Below are positions 19,933-27,318 of a stretch of 64,000 nucleotides of DNA, in pieces. The DNA lies in contig CANQSV010000002.1 of NCBI GenBank assembly GCA_947626605.1, forward strand, positions 7,620-71,619, read 5' to 3'. The stretch's first letter is position 1. Each line of letters starts with the position of its first letter. The DNA is from an uncultured Clostridia bacterium. GTDB taxonomy: Bacteria > Bacillota > Clostridia > TANB77 > CAG-508. The notes under the pieces were generated by a model. The model worked only from the letters and a program-made list of their open reading frames with translations, ran no database searches and was not told where the DNA came from. A program made the position numbers and the translations under genes.

Positions 19933-19980
19933 TTAAAATGCTGTTTTTATAATTACTTTTCATCTATTTCTAATTTTACC

Positions 19981-20009
19981 TTGTGAATTGTTTAATTTTA
20001 TGATATACT
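19981..20009 (+). promoter_or_regulatory. promoter of small-ORF cassette 1 (TTGTGA-17-TGaTATACT)
   Basis: -35 at 19981-19986, a 17-nt spacer, and an extended -10 at 20001-20009. Confidence 0.55.
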
Positions 20010-20044
20010 AAATTTCATATTACAAGTAAGGGAGGTGTAGTGAG

Positions 20045-20209
20045 ATGGCTCGGTTAACTAATTCACAGATGATGAGTGCATACAACAAAAGGAATGGCTG
20101 TAAAGCTAAAACATCAGACAAACGGTTCAGAACATTCATCAAAAATTTTAATAAGCAAAACCAAAAAACAAATTCCATGCCATCATCGCAACCGCGAAAC
20201 AAGACCTAG
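20045..20209 (+). CDS. unannotated 54-aa highly basic small protein (cassette 1)
   Basis: Below the ORF-track cut-off. AAGGGAGG (20028-20035) lies 9 nt before the ATG. Hand translation: MARLTNSQMMSAYNKRNGCKAKTSDKRFRTFIKNFNKQNQKTNSMPSSQPRNKT, stop TAG 20207-20209. It has 13 K/R against 1 D and hand-counted G+C of about 37%. Confidence 0.55.
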   Translation: MARLTNSQMMSAYNKRNGCKAKTSDKRFRTFIKNFNKQNQKTNSMPSSQPRNKT

Positions 20210-20245
20210 ACATATTTTTCGTGACATCATCGTGCAAATTTCCCC

Positions 20246-20268
20246 AGAGCCCGCTTGGGCTCTTTTTT
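20246..20268 (+). terminator. intrinsic terminator of cassette 1
   Basis: AGAGCCC-gctt-GGGCTCT followed by TTTTT. Confidence 0.8.
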
Positions 20269-20337
20269 ATGTGTGAAATGTTTTGCATTGCAATGAATAT
20301 TTAATAATTAATAATGAATAATATATAATTTAAGGTA

Positions 20338-20371
20338 CAAAAAAACATCTCAATATTGAGATGTTTTTTTG
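20338..20371. terminator. bidirectional terminator downstream of the dockerin-protein gene
   Basis: A-run, then ACATCTCAATATTGAGATGT, then a T-run. Confidence 0.8.
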
Positions 20372-20387
20372 TATTGTTTATAGAAAA

Positions 20388-21437
20388 TTATTTTGCTTCT
20401 GTTTCTGTTTTTCCGAAATCAATTACATAAACTGCTTGTGCAGAATCTTTTGCAGTATCTAATAATGCTTTTTCTGTATCAAGATCTACTGTAACTGTTA
20501 ATTTATCTCCCATTAATGATGCTAATGTTTTGTCTCCAAGTAAGTTATTGATTGCATTTTTTACAGTCATTAATGTAGACATCATATCTTCAGAATTTGT
20601 TAAATCAATATCTAAATCAATTCCTTTTTCTGTACCATTATCATAATGAAGTTTAACTGATTTAGCAGCTTCGATTAATTCAGAATGTTCAGTTGCTAAT
20701 GCTAAAACTGTTTCTTTTAATTGAGATTTTACATCAGATAATTTTACATCTTTTTGATCATCTTTAATTTTAACTTCTGCTTTTGCACCATTTTCAGTAA
20801 GTTCAACTTTTACTTCATCACAGTATTGTTGAACTTTTTCTGATTCAGCTACTTTTTCAGCTTCTTCAACTAATGTTTTGTTATCAACAACTACAACATC
20901 TTCTGGCATGAATTCTTCCATTTTGTTGTAAGCTGTTTCTGCATTTTTTCCACCGAAAAGTAATCTTACTACTACACCAGCGTCTGCTGAGTTAACTTTA
21001 TTTGCAGTTCCACCAATGTCTCCTGCTTTTTCTTGTGCTGGAGTTAATTTCTTAGCTCCAAAAGAAGATCTTACCATTAAACCAGCATCTGCTACAGATA
21101 CTTTTCCATCTCCATTTACATCACCTTTGTATACAACTGTGATTTTTTCTCCATCAGCTAATTCTACAACTGTTCCAGTACCTACTTTAGATAATTCATC
21201 TTTTACTGTAGTTCCTTTAAATTTGTTTTCAATAACTGTTTTTACATCTTCAGCTTTTAAATCTATAGATGGAACTGATTTTCCATCAGCATTTTGCATT
21301 ATTGTAACTGTTTTACCTGCTTCTAAATAATCTTTTTGGAATGTTACTTTACTTGCTGCGAAAGCACTTGGCATTGCAACTCCTACTAACATTCCTGTTG
21401 CAATTGCTCCTGAAATTAATAATTTTTTTGTATTCAA
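20388..21437 (-). CDS. secreted protein with a dockerin-like module
   Basis: 349 aa. Signal peptide (AMPSAFA-AS). One canonical calcium-loop repeat, GDVNGDGKVSVADAGLMVR, plus a degenerate second repeat, GDIGGTANKVNSADAGVVVRLLF. The C-terminal helical K/E-rich region is of unknown function. Confidence 0.75.
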   Translation of the reverse strand: MNTKKLLISGAIATGMLVGVAMPSAFAASKVTFQKDYLEAGKTVTIMQNADGKSVPSIDLKAEDVKTVIENKFKGTTVKDELSKVGTGTVVELADGEKITVVYKGDVNGDGKVSVADAGLMVRSSFGAKKLTPAQEKAGDIGGTANKVNSADAGVVVRLLFGGKNAETAYNKMEEFMPEDVVVVDNKTLVEEAEKVAESEKVQQYCDEVKVELTENGAKAEVKIKDDQKDVKLSDVKSQLKETVLALATEHSELIEAAKSVKLHYDNGTEKGIDLDIDLTNSEDMMSTLMTVKNAINNLLGDKTLASLMGDKLTVTVDLDTEKALLDTAKDSAQAVYVIDFGKTETEAK

Positions 21438-21457
21438 AATAGTTTCCCCCTTTTAAA

Positions 21458-22033
21458 TTATTTTTGATATTTCTTGCTTACAAATGCAACACCAGCTACT
21501 GCTAATACTACTAATCCAGCTACTGCTACATATTCTGCTACATTAACACCTGTTTGTGGTAATTTTGTTGGTGCTTTTGTATTATCTGTTGTTGTTGGTT
21601 TCTTTGTTGGTGTTGTTGGTTTTTTCTCAACTTCTTTTTCTATAACAACTTTTGCACCATTTACTGTTACTTCTTCAACATTTAAATCTGTATTTGTAAA
21701 TTCGTTTGCTACAAATCCTACATTAGCTGTTCCTGCTTTTTTAGCTTTGAATGTTACTGTAACTGATTCTGTATCATTAGAATATGTTACGAATCTTGTT
21801 CCATCATTTTCTTGATTTCTGTTTTCAGCTGTATCGCTAACATATTCAAGTAAGTCTTTATCGTATGTTAACTTAAAGTCTGTTGTAGCCATTTTTTTAC
21901 CAAAATTAACTGTTACCTTTACTGTATCTCCTGGTTTTACCTTTGATGGTGCAGTCATACTTCCTGCATTTACTATTGATGCTACTGAAAGCACCATTGC
22001 TATGATTAATGTCATTATAAGTGTTTTTTTCAT
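21458..22033 (-). CDS. LPXTG-anchored cohesin-like protein
   Basis: The start is refined to ATG 22033, which has TAAGGAGG upstream; the track ORF begins 69 nt earlier. Signal peptide, cohesin-like blocks (VKPGDTVKVTVNF, DFKLTYDKDLLEYVS, VTVTFKAKKAGTANVGF), a T/P/K linker, then LPQTG plus a hydrophobic stretch and a KKYQK tail. Confidence 0.8.
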   Translation of the reverse strand: MKKTLIMTLIIAMVLSVASIVNAGSMTAPSKVKPGDTVKVTVNFGKKMATTDFKLTYDKDLLEYVSDTAENRNQENDGTRFVTYSNDTESVTVTFKAKKAGTANVGFVANEFTNTDLNVEEVTVNGAKVVIEKEVEKKPTTPTKKPTTTDNTKAPTKLPQTGVNVAEYVAVAGLVVLAVAGVAFVSKKYQK

Positions 22034-22047
22034 TTTTTCTTTCCTCC

Positions 22048-22740
22048 TTAAATTTTTTCTTCGGCTTTTACAATAACTCTTGTAAGTCCACTTAAAGTAC
22101 AAGTAATTAGTGTAACTTTTCTTTTGTTATCAGTATTTTGTTCTATATGCTGCATGTCTGTTGGCTTTACAGATGGAAGTATTTCTGTAACTGAATATGT
22201 TACTTTTCTTCCGTCTTTACCAACCAAATAAAATGTATCACCTATATTTAGGCTGTGTATTTTTCCAAATACATTTTTATAGTTATGCGCTGTGATGCAA
22301 TAATTACCAATTTCATTAATATCGGGTCCCCAAAATTCGGTGGCTCCATATTTTAATGCATCATTCATATCATCATCTTCTAGAGATGGCGGTTTTAAAA
22401 TATAGGTACTTATTTTAAATTTATCTATTACAATTTTACCTACTACTGAATATCCATGTAATTTGTTTGGCATATCACTAACATCAACAACTTCATCAGC
22501 AATTTTAGTTTCAAACTCTTTTTGATTTGAAGTATCTGTTATAACTTTTTCTGGTTGTTGTGATGGAGTTACTATTTGATTTTGCCTGATATACCTTACT
22601 AATATAACAACTACTAAAGCTACTATAAGAATCACACTAATTATTCCTACCACATACACTATTAGATGTGGCTTGTCTTCATTAAAATGTTTTGCTACCT
22701 TCTTTGGTTGCGAATCCTTCATTAGTTTCCCTTCATTCAC
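22048..22740 (-). CDS. sortase (cysteine transpeptidase)
   Basis: 230 aa. N-terminal TM anchor, ITAHN (His), TLITC (catalytic Cys) and a downstream Arg (TRVIV). The start may instead be ATG 22722. Confidence 0.85.
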   Translation of the reverse strand: MNEGKLMKDSQPKKVAKHFNEDKPHLIVYVVGIISVILIVALVVVILVRYIRQNQIVTPSQQPEKVITDTSNQKEFETKIADEVVDVSDMPNKLHGYSVVGKIVIDKFKISTYILKPPSLEDDDMNDALKYGATEFWGPDINEIGNYCITAHNYKNVFGKIHSLNIGDTFYLVGKDGRKVTYSVTEILPSVKPTDMQHIEQNTDNKRKVTLITCTLSGLTRVIVKAEEKI

Positions 22741-23070
22741 CTCCTTAAAATTTATTTAGTAATTAATTGATTGTTAAATAAAGAGATTATTAAAAATCTA
22801 GTAAAACTACATTAATGAATTAGTAAGTTAAATATTTACTAACTGGTTAAATCGTATCATGGAATATGCCCTTACAACATATCCCATTTAGTATTAATTT
22901 TTTAGTCTTTTTATAACCTCTTAGTATTTGATACTTATTATACCGTTATCTGGATTTAATGTCAATATTTTTACAAATAAATTTCAAAATTTTTACATGT
23001 TTTTTGAACCTAACTTTCCAACTCCTTTAGTTGTATAGTTTTGCCGTTTTTTGTCATTTTAGAATGTAAT

Positions 23071-23100
23071 AAAAGTAGTAGAAAATATATTCCTACTACC
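23071..23100 (-). terminator. terminator after adhesin paralog 1
   Basis: GTAGTAG/CTACTAC hairpin followed on the minus strand by TTTT. Confidence 0.55.
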
Positions 23101-23139
23101 TTTATTATATATCTTTATTATGTTTTGTTATTTTGAATT

Positions 23140-26100
23140 TTATTTTTTATTTTTTCCATATATTGTTGTATTTGCATATACTGGATTTTTGAAGTTAAAT
23201 GGTGTTTTAAGTGCTTTATCCTTATACCAACTTTCAAATTTCTCATTACCAATTACGCTTACGTTAGGAATAGGTGAACCTTTTGGAACACTTAGAGTTA
23301 AAACGTCTTTAGTCCCATTGTTAAACTTAACTTTCACATCTGCTATTTTTTCTTCTTTAAAGAATAAATATGTATCTCCATTAATCTCTACTACACTTGA
23401 CACATAATGAGGAGTTTCTTTATTTCCATCTTTGCTAACTCCAAATCCTTTAGCAATTCCTAGTTTAATTCCTCCAAGAAGAGTTTTGAATGTACTTACA
23501 CTTACAGATAAATCGTTATCTGAAGATTCTGCTGTCCATGTTATTCCATCTTTACTGCTTATTGTCATTGCATTTATTCCCATTACAGATACTTTTCCAC
23601 TTAAGCCATTTTTGTTAACATCCTTTGCCATAATATCTATATATCCATTACTATTCTTTGCTTTGTCATTTAGTTTAATTGGTACATTTGTTTTTAGTTT
23701 TAGTGAAGTTACTATTACTCTACCATTCTTAGGAAATCTAGCATAAAATGCTCCATCTCCAACGCCAACTTCAGCGTCATGTGTTTTACCATTTTCTATT
23801 ACTTTAAATGATATAGTTTCAATTCTAGGTGTATTATCATTCCACATAGCTGTTAGTGTTATATCCTTTGTAACTTTATAGGTCTCTTCGAAAATTATTC
23901 CTGATTTATTTTTTGTTGTACTCCATCCTACAAAAGTATAATTACTTCTTGTTGGTTTTTTTAGAGTTATAGATTGATCTTGCCATTTAGCATATAAGTT
24001 TAAAGTACTTCCATTGCTTTTTAATTTACTTACCTTGTCTTTATTGTTATATTCAACATCTCCATTTGCTGATGTTGCCCAACCTAAAAATTTAGCATTT
24101 GATTTAACTGTTTCATTACTCTTGTTAGAATAATTGTAATTATATGTAACAGTGTATGTTTTTGTGAATGTATTTTCTTTTAATGTAGCATTTTTATCTT
24201 TAAGTTCTACTTGTTGTTCTATAGTTTTATTTGTTCCATTATTTGCATGGAATATTACTTTTACCTTTGTGCTCTTTTCCCATGTAGCTTTAAGTTTTAA
24301 GTTTCCTGTTGTTCCTTTCTTTATTGTATCATTTTCTAGAGTTTTTTTGTCTTCTAAAATCCATCCTTTAAATACATATCCATCTTTTGTTGGTGGATTT
24401 AATTTAAAGCTGTCTTCTATTGTATATTCTGTTTTATTTTTGCTAGTTTCTTTTCCACCGTCTAAATCGTATGTGATTTTATATTTTACTGGTGTCCATA
24501 CTGCATATAAGTTTATATTTCCTTTTTCTCCTACATTCTTTACTTCTTGTTTGTCTTTATATAGAACTTTTCCTTTTGCTGTATCGCTCCAACCTGCAAA
24601 TGTGTAATGATCCCTTTTAAATTTATTTTCGTTTAATGTTGCTTTCTTGTCGTAAGTGAATTTTTGATTTTCCATTGTTCCTTTTCCGCCATTTGCATTA
24701 AACACAATGGTATAATCGTTTGCTTTCCATTTTGCATATAAAGTAAAGTCTTCTTTTGGCATAGTTGTTTTATCAAAGTCAAATGTTTTTTCGTCTTTTA
24801 AGTCACTATACCAACCTGTGAAAGTATATCCCTTTTTAGTTGGATCTTTTGGCTTTGTTATTTTAGCTCCTGCAGGAAATTCTTGTTTTGGTTCCTTAGC
24901 TGTTCCTCCATTTGCATCATATGTTATTGTATATTCTCTAATTTTAGCATTAGCAGTTATTGTTTTATCTTTTGCCCCCATTTTTATTTTTGCTTCTGCT
25001 GTTAAATATTTTTCTTTTTCTCCTGCCTTCCAATAATCAAATTTATATCCTTCTTGTGCTTTAGCAGATATTGTAACTTCTTCTTCGTAATAGTATGTTC
25101 CGCTTCCCTTTACTTCTTCTATTCCTTTATTCTTCTTTAAATCTAACTTATATTGATTTCTTGTATAGTAATATTTTACTACTGTTGTTCCTTTACCATC
25201 TATTGTTACAGTTTGTTTATCTGGTGATGTAAATCCTTCATATTTCTTTACTTCTGGTGTTACTTCTTCTTTAATATTTCCTTTTTTATTCTCTACTATA
25301 GGTTTTGCATAAGTTTTGCCATCTACATTCATTTTATAATGTTCTACCTTGTATGGAACATTTTTATCTAGTTTAGCATTTGCAGTTATAGTACTATCAC
25401 CTGCACCTATCTTTACTGTAACTTCTGCTTTATTACTATGATTTCCAAACTCATCTTCCCAATAGTCAAATACATAGCCTGATTCAATTTCTGCTTTTAG
25501 TGTAACTGTTTCTCCATAATAATATGTTCCACTACCTGTTACTTCTTTTATTCCATCATTTGCTTTTAGGTCTAGTTTATATTTGTTTCTACTGTAATAA
25601 TATTCTACTACTGTATTTCCTTTGGAACTTATTTTAACAGTTTGTTTATCTGGTGATGTAAATCCTTCATATTTTTTTACAGCTGGTGTTACTTCTTCAT
25701 TCATTGTTCCTTTTTTAGTTTCTATATCTGGAATTCCATAAGTTTTGCCATCTACATTCATTTTATAGTGTTTTACTGTGTATGGTATGTTTTCATCTAA
25801 TTTTCCATTTGCTGTTATAATACTGTTCTTTGCACCAATTTTTACTTTGCTCTCATTCTTTTTACTATGGTTTCCAAATTCATCTTCCCAATAGTTAAAT
25901 ACGTATCCTAAACCTGCTTTAGCTTTTATTTTAACTTCTTGACCATAATAGTATGTTCCTGACCCTATTACTTCTGATATTCCATTATTAGCTTTTAAAT
26001 CTAGTTTATACTGATTTCTCTTGTAGTAATATTTTACTACTGTTTTTCCATTTTTATCTATCTTTACTGTTTTTGTGCTTGGTGCTGTAAATCCTTCATA

Positions 26101-27294
26101 TTTTTTTACTTCTGGAGTTACATATCTGCCAACTTTTCCATTTTTAGTTTCTGTTTCTGGTTTTCCATAAGTTTTTCCATCTACATTCATTTTATAATGT
26201 TTTACTATATATGTAGTATCTTTATTAGCATCTGATGCTACAGTTACACTTGAACCACCACTATTACTGCTTGTATTATTTTGTTGTGGTTTACTTGTTA
26301 TTTTATTAGCTGAATTGTTATTATTGCTTTGATTGTTATTGCTATTATTATTTTTGTTTTGTTCATTATCATTTGATGGTGTTTGGTATGATGGTGTGCT
26401 GTTATATTGTGTTTCATTTTGGTTTGTTGTAGATGCTATACTGCTTACTGGTTTTGCCATTGCTATTATATTTATATCACTTGTTCCTATTTTTAAGCTT
26501 AGTTCACTATTTTGATTCTTTCTTTGATTATCATCAACCCAATAATTAAATGTATAGCCATTTGAAACTTTAGCACTAATTGGAACTTCTTGCTCATAGT
26601 AATATGTTCCTGCACCATTAATTTCTGAAATTCCTTCGCCCATAACTAGATTAACTGTATATTTATTTCTTGTATAGTAATAATCTACAACAGTGCTTCC
26701 ATTATTATTTACCAAAACAGTTTTAGTATTTGGTGCTGTAAATCCTGCATATTGCTTTACTTCTGGTGTTACTTTCTCATTAATCTTCCCTGTTTTTGTT
26801 TCTACTTCAGGTTCTGCATATGTTGTTCCATCTAAGTTCATTTTATAGTGTTTTACTGTATATGTTGAATTTCCTACTATATCTAAAAGATTTAAATCTG
26901 AACTTTGACTATTATTTACATTTTGTTGAATTTGATTAGTTGAATTACTTGTAATGCTATTTGCAAAAAAGCCATTATTATCTTTTTTGTATATTTCAGA
27001 CCATTTAGCAACTAATGTTTCATTTTCTTTTATTTCGGTATTAAAATCAAATGCTTTTTCGTCATTTAAATCTTTATACCAGCCTTCAAATTCATATCCA
27101 CTTTTTTGTGGGTCTTCTGGCTTTTCTATTTTTTCTCCTTTTCTTAATGCCTGGCTACTTATACTTGTTCCACCATTACTATCAAAAGTAATACTTACAG
27201 TTGAACTTTTTTTAGCAACAAAACATAGAGCTCCAAACGTTGAACAAATAATTAATAATCCGATAACAGCTATAGAGATTAACTTTTTGTTCAT
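23140..27294 (-). CDS. giant surface protein, paralog 1
   Basis: 1384 aa. N-terminal signal-anchor followed by repeated YTVKHYKMN..GFT..VVxYYYxRNxY modules (MucBP-like by motif). These alternate with GYxFxxW and GGT...GYTFxGW...LYAKW Listeria-Bacteroides (Flg_new/InlB-B) repeats. It ends in an unassigned ISF...DGITW...IAKGFG domain and has no LPXTG. Confidence 0.9.
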   Translation of the reverse strand: MNKKLISIAVIGLLIICSTFGALCFVAKKSSTVSITFDSNGGTSISSQALRKGEKIEKPEDPQKSGYEFEGWYKDLNDEKAFDFNTEIKENETLVAKWSEIYKKDNNGFFANSITSNSTNQIQQNVNNSQSSDLNLLDIVGNSTYTVKHYKMNLDGTTYAEPEVETKTGKINEKVTPEVKQYAGFTAPNTKTVLVNNNGSTVVDYYYTRNKYTVNLVMGEGISEINGAGTYYYEQEVPISAKVSNGYTFNYWVDDNQRKNQNSELSLKIGTSDINIIAMAKPVSSIASTTNQNETQYNSTPSYQTPSNDNEQNKNNNSNNNQSNNNNSANKITSKPQQNNTSSNSGGSSVTVASDANKDTTYIVKHYKMNVDGKTYGKPETETKNGKVGRYVTPEVKKYEGFTAPSTKTVKIDKNGKTVVKYYYKRNQYKLDLKANNGISEVIGSGTYYYGQEVKIKAKAGLGYVFNYWEDEFGNHSKKNESKVKIGAKNSIITANGKLDENIPYTVKHYKMNVDGKTYGIPDIETKKGTMNEEVTPAVKKYEGFTSPDKQTVKISSKGNTVVEYYYSRNKYKLDLKANDGIKEVTGSGTYYYGETVTLKAEIESGYVFDYWEDEFGNHSNKAEVTVKIGAGDSTITANAKLDKNVPYKVEHYKMNVDGKTYAKPIVENKKGNIKEEVTPEVKKYEGFTSPDKQTVTIDGKGTTVVKYYYTRNQYKLDLKKNKGIEEVKGSGTYYYEEEVTISAKAQEGYKFDYWKAGEKEKYLTAEAKIKMGAKDKTITANAKIREYTITYDANGGTAKEPKQEFPAGAKITKPKDPTKKGYTFTGWYSDLKDEKTFDFDKTTMPKEDFTLYAKWKANDYTIVFNANGGKGTMENQKFTYDKKATLNENKFKRDHYTFAGWSDTAKGKVLYKDKQEVKNVGEKGNINLYAVWTPVKYKITYDLDGGKETSKNKTEYTIEDSFKLNPPTKDGYVFKGWILEDKKTLENDTIKKGTTGNLKLKATWEKSTKVKVIFHANNGTNKTIEQQVELKDKNATLKENTFTKTYTVTYNYNYSNKSNETVKSNAKFLGWATSANGDVEYNNKDKVSKLKSNGSTLNLYAKWQDQSITLKKPTRSNYTFVGWSTTKNKSGIIFEETYKVTKDITLTAMWNDNTPRIETISFKVIENGKTHDAEVGVGDGAFYARFPKNGRVIVTSLKLKTNVPIKLNDKAKNSNGYIDIMAKDVNKNGLSGKVSVMGINAMTISSKDGITWTAESSDNDLSVSVSTFKTLLGGIKLGIAKGFGVSKDGNKETPHYVSSVVEINGDTYLFFKEEKIADVKVKFNNGTKDVLTLSVPKGSPIPNVSVIGNEKFESWYKDKALKTPFNFKNPVYANTTIYGKNKK

Positions 27295-27318
27295 TTTTAT
27301 CCTCCTTTAAATTATATA

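Noticed and set aside
20020-20202. The 60-aa hydrophobic minus-strand ORF antisense to cassette 1 could be a type I toxin, with the plus-strand transcript as its antitoxin RNA.
   Set aside because: It opens at a TTG with no SD, its first ATG also lacks an SD, and no promoter was seen on that strand. The plus-strand ORF has much better translation signals.
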